From Callorhinchus milii (taxonomy: Eukaryota): a stretch of 64,000 nucleotides of DNA. Both the position numbers and the translations under genes were made by a program. Shown here in pieces: positions 50,654-64,000 of the stretch. Location of the stretch: the NCBI RefSeq assembly GCF_018977255.1, contig NW_024704743.1, forward strand, positions 30,070,001 to 30,134,000, read 5' to 3'. Numbering within the stretch: the first letter of the stretch is position 1; every line of letters begins with the position of its first letter. A model generated the notes under the pieces. The model saw only the letters and a list, made by a program, of their open reading frames with translations. It was not told the DNA's origin and made no database searches.

Positions 50654-50984
50654 GGTAAAATTGTATATATACCTCTTTCAAATTCTCTCTGAGATGTCTC
50701 TCTTCAAGACTGAAGAACCCTAGCTTGGCTAAGTATAGTCCACAGTTCATTCCTCTAACTTTGGAGATGCTGCTCTTCCTCATCACTGCCTCTATTACAT
50801 GGAAGGCCTCCTTATGTCAAGGCAACCAGAAAACCAGTAAGCAGTCTTCTAGGTATGGTCTGAACAAAGCCTGAGTATAATTTCTAGGGATCTGAACTCA
50901 ACTAATTTGGTAACATAATCCAAAATTCTGCTTGCCTTATTTATTGCTGCCTCACACTGTTTTGACATCCATACCCTATCAAGC

Positions 50985-51395
50985 ATTCAGCTGGTTCAGT
51001 TTGTAGCACTCTTGTCTCTGAGTCAGAAGATTTGAGTTCCACATCAGGCCTTTGAACTCACACTCCAGCCTGACACTTCAATGCAGTCCTGGGGGTGTGT
51101 TGCATTGGTGGAGGTGCTGTCTTTTGGATGAGAGGTTAAGGCTTGGGTCCCATCTACCAGTTCAAGTGGATGTTAAAGATTACAAATCACTACTCAAAAA
51201 GCGAAAGGAGTTTCTCCTATTTTTCTAGCCAATAATCACCCAGGTAAAATTGATCATTCACTTCATGCTTTTTTGTGGGACATTGCTGTGTGCAGATTGG
51301 CTGATACATTTGCCATTCAAATATGCAGTCACTACACTTTACAGTAAAATCCTGTGAAGCATCTTTGATGACATGATATCAAATGCAAAGAATAT
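50985..51395 (+). mobile_element. SINE family A copy
   Basis: Collinear with 37523-37932 and with the reverse complement of 6897-7296. Confidence 0.75.
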
Positions 51396-52321
51396 AAACT
51401 ATCATTGTAAGACCTTTGCTGCTTCCTGTTTCCACAGCGCCCCAATTTCCTCTCAAACTCTCTCACTCTTTCTTTTTCACTCCCTCTCAGCTTCTCTTAG
51501 GGAACATGTTCCGCCAATTTATTAGATTTTAACAAATCATATACTCCCAATGCACCACTCTTTCACCATATCCCTGTATACCTCTATCACCAAAGTATTT
51601 GTCTATCTGTCTTTTAAACAACAACAACCTACTTTCTATCGCCTAATTGAGTAGAAACTGTTTTCAACAGTGCCTATATCTACCATGCTACTAAATATTG
51701 GGTCATTCTGTACATGAAGATACTACCAGGTTGAAATAAAATGGTGTCTAGGCACACACAAAGATGCAATGCATTTATTAATGAGTTTTCATTAGAGGAA
51801 GCTTGTTAAAAATAACCTAAAGCAGAAGAAGTGAATAAAACACTGTTATTGTGTCACAAATTTTTGTGGTATATTTTAAACTCAAGCACTGAGGCAATTG
51901 AAATATTTGGGTAATGTAGCAAGATTAGCACTGTTCTCAAGTGCATTATGAAAACTGGTCAGGAATTGTGTGGAGCAGTCAATATTATTCTCAACAATAC
52001 AAATACATATTCAAAAACAGAAAAATATAATTAGAATTAGATTTCTGAGAGGAGCAACCCTTGAAGATATTGCTTGTACAAAGTGAAATGCGGATGCGAT
52101 TAATTATCATTAGTGTTGCATTGATTTACAATTTTATTTATAAGTGCTTTGAAGCAGAGTATGAATTGTACTTAAGATACATGCAGCTGAATTCCCTGGA
52201 GCTTTTCTTAATGATTGAACCTTAGTTGGTAATACAGTACAAACTGCGCTTTTCCATTTTTAATAAAACCCTTCAGAATAATTTGGTCCCTCGATCCATG
52301 ACTGTTTGTGGGACACTGCAA

Positions 52322-52573
52322 TACAACAAGAACAGCAAGATTATACTTGTGTAGCGCCTTTCACGTCGGGAGGACGTCCTAAAATGCTGGACAATGTACA
52401 GCATTTCAGACCCGAGCTGGGGTCGGGTTGGGGGGGAGGGAGGGGAAGGGAAGGGGGGTGGCCGATGGCATGGTTGAAGGGGATGGTCTTGAGGCGGGAC
52501 TTGAAGGAGGCTAAGGAGGGGTCGAGGTGGACTGACTGGGGGATGGAATTCCAGAGATTGGGAGCAGAGTGGC
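52322..52573 (-). mobile_element. L2 3' fragment inserted into a family B SINE (host about 52290-52716, +)
   Basis: The SINE body breaks after gtgggacactg and resumes at attggcttctgcattttgcccac. The insert is the reverse complement of about 50420-50650. Confidence 0.8.
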
Positions 52574-53839
52574 TTATATTATATAAGCTATACATTGGCT
52601 TCTGCATTTTGCCCACAAAATATACAGTCAATTCACTTTACAGTATATTCTGTGAAACACTTTGAGACGTCTCAATGATGTGATAAAGAGCCATATCAAA
52701 TGCAAGGATTATTACTATAGAATGTGGCCACTTTTGCAATTTCAGTATCTGCTGACTGTCTACAGGTGGAATATATAACACCACTGGTCTACAATATGAT
52801 CTGTTTTTAGCCTAGAAGAGCATTTTGTCTTAAAACTTAGTGTTGTGCAAACATGTGCAGAATCCCAACTGATGTACTGCAGATGTACTTTATAGTTAAA
52901 TAGTTTAATAATAAAAAAAATCTTGCATTTGTTACAGAGCCTTTCACATCAGGAGGTCATTTCAAAGTGCTTCAACAACAACAATAACAACTTGCACTTA
53001 TATAGCGTCCTCCTTGCAGGGTAGTGTCTCAGAGTGCTTAAGGGTTCACAGGATTTACTGTAAATGTATTATATAGTATAGCAACTGTGTATTGGGTAGG
53101 CAAGCATGGCAGCCAATTTGCACGCAGCGATATCCCACAAACCAATCCAGAACTCTGCAGAGTGTATTTTCCTATACAAGGCTCCTTGAGCTTGTTGACG
53201 GCATGCTTGTTTAGCTCCACTCCCCATCCCATCTGACAGCAGATCAAATTTAAGATCCTAGTTTCCATTTTAATAGCTCTCCACGGCCTCGCTCCTCCCT
53301 ACTTCTGTAACCTCCCGCAACTCTATTGTTCCGGTGTCTTCCTCAGCAAACATCGCAATGTTCGTGATCCCAGCTCAATCCACCCTACTATTGGTGGGCG
53401 AGCGTTCAGTCATTCTGTCCCTACTCTCTGCAATTCCATCCTGGAGTCCTTACACATCTCTCTTCCCATTTAAAGTACATCTTAGGACCCATCTTTTCAG
53501 CTGGGACTATATGAGTTTAAGATCCCAACAAGGGGCTTGAATCCTCAACCTTCTGGCTCAGAGGCAAGAATGGTTCCAACTGAACCGGGCTGATACCTAT
53601 GAAATACTGATGATAGCTTGAGGGCCTGGTGGAATACCTCTTGATCTAGGATGGATTGTTTAAGTGTAGGTTGTAGTCTCTTTGACTCTCAGTGTGGAGC
53701 TGATGATCAATGCAATACAGTTACTGTGGATTCTGACCTGAGAATGGGACAGGCTGAAACCTCAGCTGAGAGGAAAAGTAGCGTTTGGTCCTGTAGGAGG
53801 GAAGGAGAATCGTCAGACGTGTTACTGAACAAGTATTAC

Positions 53840-54258
53840 ATTGTTCGGTCCTGTTCTCGTACTAAACTCCATACCCCATCGCAGGCTCCCTGGATCAATT
53901 TCAAGATCCTCACACTCATCTTCAAATGCCTTTATGCCCTGGAACCTCCCTACCTCTCCAACCTGCTTACTCCCCAACCCACTACTCTCTGCCTCCGCTC
54001 AACTGGCTCTGGTCTTCTGCTTGTCCCTTGGCCCTCAGCCACTATGCTCTGAAACTCTGGAACACTTCCTCTATCAATCCACCCTGCCCCTTCCTTCCCT
54101 ATCTTTAGGTCACACCTGAAGACCTTCCTCTTCGATAGTGCTACCCCTGGTCATCTCCTTCCCCCCGGTTTGGCTTCATGCTTAGTGGATGCTAAGCAGG
54201 GTAGCAGGGATGCTACCCTGCATGAAGGCTGCTATATAAATGCAAGTTGTTGTTGCTG
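53840..54258 (+). mobile_element. L2 3' fragment
   Basis: INFKILTLIFK...PPYLSNLL with L2 tail. Shorter L2 pieces occur at about 39435-39570(-), 41855-42152(+), 46556-46815(-), 53145-53500(+) and 57980-58180(+). Confidence 0.8.
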
Positions 54259-55083
54259 TTCACGTTCGCCACCTGCATCTGAAAAATAAAGATCTATTTT
54301 ATACCATCATTCGTCTGCAGATTTCTGAGTTGCTACAAAGGTGTATCAAAATGCAATTCTACCTTCGAAAGTTCTCAGTCAAGACTGTGGCCAAAATTCA
54401 CAGGTGGGTTTGTCACAGGATTTGTTACCTTAGCATGTAAGTCAGTCTGGATCCATTTAAGAGAGACAAGATCATATAACAGTAAGTTTTTCTTCTCTAG
54501 GGTCAATCAGTTCATGGATCAGATATCCTTCACACATCAGCAAATCCATTATATCGAGGTGCTGTTAATGCATAGTGGAAGCCATTTCTGAGTGGTCATT
54601 TTTCGGTTACTTCATTGAGGCTCTGACGGAATATTATTCCATTTTAGTTTTCATTTCTTCTCAATGCTCAGTTTGTGAGAATCTTATAGAAATAGAAGTA
54701 CAAAATATTACATTTCCACCACTGGCCTTAAAAGCTGAAAATATTCCATATTGTGAATAATAATCTGACACACGAAACTAGATAAATACCTAAAAAGGAG
54801 TCAACTTCATGGGTCTGGGGAAAGGGCAGGTAAATGGGGCTGAAGTGATGGCTCTTAAAAGAACCAGCACAGATGCAATGGGCCAAATAGCCTTCTTCTG
54901 TGTTGTAAATTTCTATAGTTTTATTAGTTATGATTTCAAATAGCAATTGAGATAACTACTGGAAAGTGTGAATCGTTCAATTTAATAACTCTCCAAGCTC
55001 TCCAATCTCAAAAGCCTCATAGAGACGTGCACAGCATCACTTCTATTAAATAAAGAGCCCACCTGATGTAATTCAGATAGATA

Positions 55084-55990
55084 CTTTTTGGTCATTTGGT
55101 GTGTCTAACACACATGAAAACCCACTCCAAAGCATTAAGAGTCTCCTAACCAAACTATTGTGAGTTTTGTATAGTGTATATATAGTGAAGGTTTGTTTGG
55201 TATGGAATGCATACTTTCTCCCCAAAGGGATGCACCCTACTTACTAATGCAGGTAAGTTTCAGAGTAAGTTTTTCTTCTCTAGGGTCAATCAGTTAATGG
55301 GTCAGAAATGCCAAGAGCATCAGGATGACAAGAGCATCATGGAGTACACATTACGATACTGCTGGAGTAGGATTGAAAAAGTAAACCCAGATCAATAATG
55401 AGGATGCACCAAGACAGTAGAACAAGAGGACATGGGTTTAGAGTTGTAAAGGAAATTTCAGGACAGATGCCCAGGCATTTTTCTTTACCCAGAGGGAAAT
55501 TAATGATTGGAACAAGTTACTAAGAAAGGTGTTTGAGGCCAGGACGCTGAAACACTGCCGAGCAAATGTCCTACTGCTTGCCAGCAACTCCACCCTTTAC
55601 ATTAGGGCTTTAGCTTTCAAGGTTAACAGAATCTAAATAGGAAGAATTCTAGCTGCCAGTAACTGGCCTGCTCCTTCCTCCTAGTGCAGCTAATGTGCAA
55701 GGCTGGCTGGTCTGTCATCAACGATGCCTTGGAGCCCTGCAGACGTATCCGAGAGCTGACTTGATTCTGATGTTCTGTTGTTAGGCAGATCGACATTGGA
55801 GACAATTTAGTCCCGAGGAGACTCCATTTACCTCCCTTCCAGCGAGGACGGTCACTAATTGGTCATTAGACATCTGACAAGCACAGGTTTGAGCTCTCTC
55901 TTGGTGTATAGCAAGTACCAGGAACTCCTTGTGAACTGTAAGGTAAGGAACGCAGCACGGCATGAAATGTGTGGGAGCATTGCCATTCAC
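55084..55990 (-). mobile_element. Family U diverged copy (interrupted at about 55255-55555)
   Basis: Shares ggttaacagaa, ctgtcatca and gtaccaggaactcc blocks and the T-run/tggtca terminus. Confidence 0.6.
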
Positions 55991-57588
55991 ACTTTGCAGT
56001 CTTCAGTGTAATTGTTACTTGAAGTCATAATTTATCATTCACATTATGGCATATTTTGAGTTTCAAAACTACTGGTGCAAATGTAATTCTTTGCAGGTCC
56101 ATTTCCATAAGCTTCTCACAAACTAACTATTGAAAGAAATCTTTGCTTAATGATGATAGACAATACTTATGGTCTCCACTCTTGCTATCCTCAAGCACCG
56201 GCAGAAAGGGATCAATTAAATACAGTAGTTCTATGTGCTAAAGTAAACATTCAGGGGCTTTTATTTCTCAATGAGATATATTGTCAGCGACAGGAGAGAC
56301 ATGCAGTTCAGCAGTGATGTGTGTGGATGGATTTATAGAAAAAACAGAGCTTAATAGGAACAACAACAACAAACAACAAATTACACATTTTCCCCTTGGT
56401 ATAGCTCACATTATATTCCCTGCGGAACAGCACTCTGTCCTCACCATGCTTTTGCTCTAATCTACACCTAAACTGAGTTGTTAAGTCTGGTTGAACAGAA
56501 TCTATTATTAGTTGACAACACAATACGGTCTAAAGTATTTGTGCACAGGTTTGCAAAGAGCAACTCTGAGTTTTAAATGGTGAACATTGATGGTGTACCC
56601 TAAAACGTTTGAAGTTCTTCAAGGAAGAAGTTTGTTATAACACACCAACAACTTGCGTTGATATAGCGCCTCTCACGCAGGGCTGAGTCCCAGAGCACTT
56701 GAATGCTGTCACAATGCCGTACCTTCAAATTTCACATCGAAACAAGAAATTTTGATATATAGATTGTGGTATAAATCGAATATTTATAAACAAATTGGTA
56801 TATAACAATTCTGCTTTGCATGATGTAAATCCTGCTACTAACTTCAATTTTGTCACGCCAATTCATGGCAACTCCAATGCAGATCAACTGCGCAAGAAAA
56901 AGGATTATATTTTCACTAAGAACTATATTGTAGCTTAACAATGTTCAACTGTATAATCACTATTGGGCTTGCACAAGCATTGTATTGCATAGAACACTGG
57001 GCAAGTTTCCTTACTCCACAACCCACAAGATTGTTAGGCGATTGCCAGATCGCTTTTCTGTGGGTAATCCTTCAAAAAAAGTTGTAATAATAATTGGGTC
57101 ACTCAATCCATGCCTGTTTGTGGGACACTGCTGTGCGCAAATGGCCGCTGTGTTTCGCCGAGAAAATATGCAGTTAATTCACTTTATAGTATATTCTGTT
57201 AAGTGCTTTGAGACATCTCAAAGACGTGATAAGACTCTATCTCAAGTCCAAGGATTATTATTATTTTCAGGGTAACCAAAAAGTCGTGATAACTACCTAT
57301 TATTGAAAAACAATCATAATTTTTTGGAGACTTATTAGACATTGTAATGGTATCATGACTTTTTAGTCACCCATTATTATATGGAATGTAACCAGGGGTG
57401 CAGCAATTGCCAATTTGTTTCATATTATACAACAACTTGTTGAAGTACACTGTCGGAATAAAATGTCTAAGCAGGAAATATGGTATGGAGATTGTCCTGT
57501 CTGGGATAATGTTGCACTTGTTCAGTGCTTATTGTAGTTTGGTTACATTGATGTTAAACCAACTTGCCAAGTTGCAATGCTTAACCCT

Positions 57589-57800
57589 ATAATAATAATA
57601 ATAATAATAATAATAATCCTTGCATTTGATATAGCGCTTTTCACGTCTTCCAGACATCCCAAAGCGCTTCACAGAATATACTACAAAGTGAATTGACTGT
57701 AAATTCGTGGACGAACGCGGCAACCAATTGCGCACAGCAGTGTCCCACAAACAGTCATGGACTGAAAATGACCAATTTATTATTGTTTCGTTTTTTGGAG
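57589..57800 (-). mobile_element. 5'-truncated young SINE family B
   Basis: (TAA)n then ccttgcatttgatatagcgcttttcacgtc..., the reverse complement of the family B 3' half. Confidence 0.85.
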
Positions 57801-60800
57801 GCATTATTATTAACTCTCGTTAAGCATTGCAGTCTCAATGTTTCATCACTAATTTAACACTTACATGTACTTTCACATAGAGCATTGTCTGGAAGCACTT
57901 TACAGGTGCGGGACATTGAGCAGGGTAGAAGGGAGTCGTGGCACGGTTGAAGAAGTAAGTTTTCCAGAGGCTTTTAAACACTAGGCTCGACTACTCTAAC
58001 CACCAGCTGCAGATCATTCAGAACACTGCAGTTTATGTCGTCTCCCACACCAGGCTCTGTGACCCTATCACCCACTTGCTTGCCCGGCTCCACTGACTCC
58101 CCATGCCCCAGAGGATAAAATTCAAATTCCTCATCCTCGCCTTCAAAGCCCTCCATGGCCTTGCCCCTCACTATATCTATGACAGTGGGGCTGGTCTTTA
58201 TCATAAGGTGGAGAGAGGAGTGGACGTGTTAGATTCTTTACCATGGGGAGCTAGAGTGGGAGAAGTATTTGACCCCAGGAAGCTCCTATATATCTCCTTG
58301 AAACTAACTATAGATGTTGATCACATTGAGGATTTGCGAGCAGTTTCCCAGCCTACCTTCTAAATTGCGATTTGTATAAAGTTTGAAGGGCGCTAAAGCT
58401 GTCAGAGAATAAAAACCTTTTGAAACATAGAGGGGAAGTCCAGTGAGCCACTACATATATAATGACTATCATGGTTCGGGTCATTCATTCTCCTAATAGA
58501 AATCTTACTATAACTTGCCTTCATACTATCTTCCTAATTAAATAGTTCCATGTGTCATTACAGGAACATTTAAGAATCCTTGACTGTACTCAGCAATAAG
58601 CTATCCCTGAACACAGCCAACAAGAGTTGTTTAATGCCTCGTGTTTTAATGGATTCCTAGGTTTATTGCTCAAATGTCCTAGTACTGATTGACTTATGTG
58701 CTGTGGTTTGAATCTTTATTAGTCACTAAGTATGTGATAAGCACGGATGCCTGTTGTTCTAAAATTTAACGGTTATATTCACGTGTTTGTGGCTAGAGGG
58801 TTGATACTATAACTGCAAATCTGTATCTAAAATGAAAACAATTATTTATTATGGACATAAATATTTATTCATGAAAATGTAATTTCGCTGGCTTTAAACC
58901 CATTAATAAATGAATGATTTTGTACCGCTTCGGAATAGTTAGCTCAAGGGAAGGTTACCTACCATACCCTCCCCCATCCCCTCTGAAATTAATGATAACT
59001 TTCATTTTCAGAATTGATATTAAACAAACCATTAAACCTGGCTATGCCTAATGAAAATTCAGTGGATGGCTCAGAAGCTAATAGAATTGAAAGCAGCTCT
59101 GCACAGAAACCAGTGCTGGATTTAGATCACACTAAGGCATGTTATTGTAAATCTCTGCTCATATCAAGCAAATGGAGAAGAGCATTAGCTGGGTCAGGCT
59201 CATGCAGGTAACCAGGGCTTTCTGGGAGCCAAACCAACTCATGTAAATCAGTAACAGACTGAGAAGCGTTTCAGCTTTTTTTTTAGAAAATTGATAGCTT
59301 TCTTTCACAGAAGCTGAAATAAGTGTTGCACCTCCCAATTACCTCAAGAATGGAGGACAAATACACATATGATAATACAGGCTAGCAGTGAGATACAAGG
59401 CAGTAATTCAATTCAATGGTTCTGATGATGACCAAGCTATAAGAACAACACTTTAGTGGTTTAGGAAGATCAATAGAGCACGGAGATTGAATCGCTTGCC
59501 TCAAATGTTCCTCCAGCTGTTTGTTAGTCTTCATAATGCATGGTGTCATTATTTATTCAATTAAAATGCCTGCATTTGATATATTGCCTTATCGCATTAT
59601 CGAGATGTCTCAAAGCCCTTCACAGGATTTTACTGTAAACTGTAGCGACTGTGTGTTTTGTGGGGATTAATGTGCGCATTCATTTTATGTTCTCTCTAGA
59701 TAAGGACACTGTCACCTGAGCACAAAGGTATTCCGAGTAAAGATTATATTTCACATTGATCACATTTTTTTGTTCTATCTTGAGGATGTGATTTCCTAAT
59801 GTTAAGTGTTCCAAGACGCTACCCTCGAATGTTATATAAATACAAGTTGTTGTTTAAGAAGGAGCAAAAGCTTTGCTATCTTCAGCGATGTGACCCCTAA
59901 ACATTCGCATTAGACTAGGTAAGTCCATTTTGGATCGTTAGTGTGTTTGCAGTTTTTTCTTGATGTTAAAAGTCAGGAAATATTCAATCAGGAATGTTTA
60001 TTTTGTTGGCCGACCATAAAGGTTGGCCATCACTGATTTAAGGCATGGGTGACTGGTACAATTGTGAAAAATGAGACATTGACATGGCTGTAAAACAATC
60101 TAATGTAAGATAAACAACCTATTGCGTGTTTTTCATCACCAAACATCCGGTATGAAATGCCAGAATGGAATTCACATAATTTTTTTTTAACATGGGAAAA
60201 CTACAACCACAAGATCTTATTGATTTAATGAAGACACCACAGCTCATTGCACCAACGTGTCCCAGTTTACCTAAGTATCTAGGTGTACAGTGTTAGTTCG
60301 GTTAGGCTAGAGTTCACTGCAAAGGTCACAAGGGGATGGGATGGTTAAAAAAAGCAGCAAACTAATGATTAATTGATTGACCAACAATCAATGAAAGATC
60401 CAGCAACCAACTAGCTCTATATATAACTGACTGTCAACTCCTGGTCATTATAATAATTGCACAAAGTTAACTTAGGTTTTGCTGATTATGTTCCTTCACC
60501 CTACAAAAATCAATTGAATAATTTCTTCAAAATATGACCATTTGTCTTACATAATTATACTGACTTAGTCCGGATCAATTTTTGGGACCTATTCAATGAT
60601 TAGCACATCAAATGGATAGCCTGATCTCTCTCTTCCCCGCCTTTGCTCGTCCTCCAATACTGTTCTCAGGGGTGAGGTCTGTGAAGCCAATGCTGCAGCA
60701 TTGGATTTCTATCTCTTTTTAACAAACGTCAAACTAGGAGTAGCCTGGCTCCCTCTGTGGAATGGCTGAGGCAGAGATCCTAGCCACAGATGTCACCATT

Positions 60801-61949
60801 GAGAACATTGTCGGGTGTGCAACAATGACACATTTAGAGATGACTTGATAAATTATTACAATACCATCTATTTATACTTAGAATCATAGAATCATGCAGA
60901 ACAGAAGGATGTCATTCGGCTCATTGTGCCTGTGTCGGGCTCTTTGAAAGAGCTACCAACTAGTCAAACTCCCCTGTTCCTACCCCATAGCCCTGCACAT
61001 TTTTATTTTTTCAGTAGTTATGGATTCCCTCTTGAAAGCTATTATTGAATCTGCTTTCAACACCCTTTCAGGCTGTAACAATTCTTTAACAATGCTTGGA
61101 TTTCCGCACTTCATTACTATCCATTTTATATGGCATCTTTCATGTCAGGTGGATGTCCCAAAATGGTTGAATTTCTTATGGAATAAATTATTGCTTGAAT
61201 ACATTATTGATTGGGGAGCTTATTACTTTGTTTTATAACCAGTTACAAGATTTGTTTACATCATCTGTCTCACAAGCAAAATAACGATTGTTATAGTGGG
61301 ATATTGAAGAGGCTGAATACTATTGTTCTGAGTCGAAAGGCTGTCTGGCACTGTGGACCAATATTCATTGCCAAACTACTTTAACTTCCTAGAAGATGAT
61401 ATGTGAGCTTCAATGGAAGCCAAAGTGACATTTGATTTATAAAAACGTGCAAAGAGACATCTATTCAGCTTTGGTACCAGGCTCTGCACTTCCGTCATTG
61501 TATCTATCAACTCAATAAGATCTTTTCTACTATTTAATTGTCTAATCTGGTAGTATTTGAAGCTTGATCAGGAAGGAAATAATATATAGGGTCTAATTAG
61601 TGGGTTCTCACCATGTGTTACACAAAGGGATGATGCTCTGTACTTTCAACTGGTGGAACCATTGCTCAATGGGAAAGGACCGATATCGGATCTGTGTACA
61701 GGAAGACAGTGGCTCTCACACATTTCATGCTGAGCTGTGTTGCCCACCAGGAAGCTCGCAGGGAGTTCCTGGTACCTAACAGTCACGGTGAGGGCTCAAA
61801 CCCACGCTCGTCGGATGTGAATGTGCCATAGGATACAAGAAAATGTTGAGTATCTGGACCTGAAAAAATAACAACCACATACTGAGATAGGGTGTCAAAT
61901 AGTTTATAAAGGCATCCAATAAGGAAACTACAAATTTTCCTCTATTGGA

Positions 61950-62367
61950 TAATAATAATATTGCTTGCATTTGTTACATTTTTGGGGGTGAGAAGGACAT
62001 CTCAAAGTGCTTCACAGGATTCACTGTAAAGTGGAGTCACTGTACATTTTGTAGGTAAATGATCATGGCATATTGCGCACAGCAATGTCTTACAAACAGC
62101 GATGAACAGTCACATAACCAATTTTATGTGGGGTTTGTTGGCCAGGACACAGGGAGAAATTTCCTTCACTTTTTGAATAGTGCCATGGGTCTGTAATAAC
62201 TCCCTGAATATGCCATCGCGTCTCATCAAAAAGATGGTTCGTCCAACAATGTAACACTCCATTGGTGTGTCAACCTGGCTATGAGTTCCAACCCAACATG
62301 AGGTTTGAAACCATAACCATCTAATTCAGATGTGAGAGTGTTACCAACTAAGCTAGGCAGGATGTCC
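61950..62367 (-). mobile_element. SINE family A copy
   Basis: Reverse complement collinear with the other family A copies. Confidence 0.7.
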
Positions 62368-64000
62368 ATTACAAAATTGAAGGTAACTACAATTCCTTCT
62401 GTACACATGGATTTGCACATTGTTAGCACAACTCGCAAATTAGTCCCACATAGATGCTATCTATGTCACTGAAGTGGCTCAGACCTGGATTCTTTAGCAG
62501 GAATAGTCTCTCGACATCAGTGTCTTTCGACATGGCACATAACAGTTGAATAGAGGGGCATGGCAATGGTTTTACACTCAAGTAAGATTGGCTTTCAATT
62601 GATTTCTGTGGTAGCTGGCTACTTTATATGCCTAGCTTTACCCTCTCAGGGCATATAACACCTTTTATATTTCTGTAGCCCTTGGAGGAAGAACTGAGAG
62701 GAGCCACTCAGTCCCTTCTCTTGTCTTGGCATTGAGAAGCTTATTAGCAGTGGTCAAGCATTACTGAAAATATACTGCTCAAGGAATATGCATGTCTGTG
62801 ATTTGTTGCGTATCCTGAGTAATCTATTTGAATTACTGTATTTCCTGTACCACAATGTGCTATGAATGCATTAGGGTTGTTATGGAAACAACTGGAGATG
62901 CTATGACTAATTGCATGCTATTTCCATTGGGGGAAAACATCTTGTGATACACAGTTAACCAGGGCTGCTGATGCTTTGTGCAATTGGCTGCTGCATTACA
63001 CCCACAAAATACACAGTCACTAACACTTTACAGTATATTCTTGAGCACTTTGAGACATCTCGAAGACGTGATAAGGCGTTATATCAAATGCAAGGATTAT
63101 TATTACTATATCTCAAAGTCATCACACAGAAAGGCTTTGATGTCAGTTAGTGAGTGACCACATGGTCTATTGTAGGTAAGGGTCAGCTTCCTACCATATG
63201 GTCAGGTGGGCATTAAACATACCATAGTGCTGTTTTAAAAGTGAACAGAGTTTCTCCTGGTGTCATGGCCAACAATCCCTCAGTTAAAATGATCATTCAC
63301 TTCACAGTTCTTGCTGTGGAATATTGCTGGCAAATTGGCTGACATGTTTGGCTACAAAATGAACAGTTGCTACCCGTTTACAGTAATTACCTTTGAGAAC
63401 TTTCAACATTACAGGCACTATAACAAATGCAAAGATTATTTATTATATTCCAGTATTCTATGCATCTAGGCTATGAACCTTAAATTCTCCATCCTCTCCT
63501 CACTTCTTGGTGTTCCCCATCTTTTCTGTAAAGTGCTTTGAGATGCTCTTTTGCCATGCTCTGCTCAAAGTCTTGTGGCTATTGTAGGTGGACAATTGTC
63601 CAAACAGGCTGTGCTATATTTCAAAGGGAGACGGACCTTGATATGAACACAACTTATGTTATAGCAACATCAGGGTGGTTCAGCATAAATAAAAAGTAGA
63701 ACAACATAAATAGATGAGAGATTTTTATTAAATACCATTACTGGGAACAGAATCCATGCTGAAGGTACTTCAGTAGTTACAGTACTGAAGTCATAATGCT
63801 GTTATTCACTTAAAGGGTTCATTATGATGTACTGAAATGTATGATTCCCAATTAACTGATGGGAAAGCACTTTGAAGTAGCTGGCAGCATAATGCATTAT
63901 CAAGTTAATAGAATGCAAAAGCTGTGTACCTCATTTTTCAAATGGATTTCAATACCATCGATGCAAAGAGAGATTGCCTCTTATACATGTCTCTGACAGC

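Noticed and set aside
41098-64000. Additional protein-coding genes (e.g. prolactin, expected further along by mammalian synteny)
   Set aside because: No recognisable coding exons. The listed ORFs are repeat-derived or random.

Overview
Eukaryotic, AT-rich, intron- and repeat-rich vertebrate DNA. The repeat content suggests a cartilaginous fish, possibly a chimaera (inference, not verified). Two convergent genes are supported. On +, the last three coding exons of DCDC2 lie at 6690-6790, 18716-19141 and 27906-28031. On -, a complete 195-aa neurensin-1 (NRSN1) is encoded by exons 34959-35147 and 32828-33226, with a likely first non-coding exon near 40.7-40.9 kb beside a 134-nt assembly gap. The rest is mostly mobile DNA: about 30 (counted by eye) tRNA-derived Deu-domain SINE pieces from two families, many L2 and CR1 LINE 3' fragments, one non-autonomous hAT element with a perfect 8-bp TSD, a Penelope-type repeat with a degenerate hammerhead ribozyme, ancient SINE relics, and an unclassified, structured, A-tailed retroposon of about 0.6-0.9 kb present five times. 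The most interesting signals cluster at the NRSN1 5' end: an RE1/NRSE-like site, a 540-bp satellite built from three pentamers, tandem splice acceptors that add or remove a micro-uORF, and inverted SINEs flanking the start-codon exon. I found no convincing novel multi-gene system. All homology calls come from recalled sequences, not searches, and repeat boundaries are approximate.
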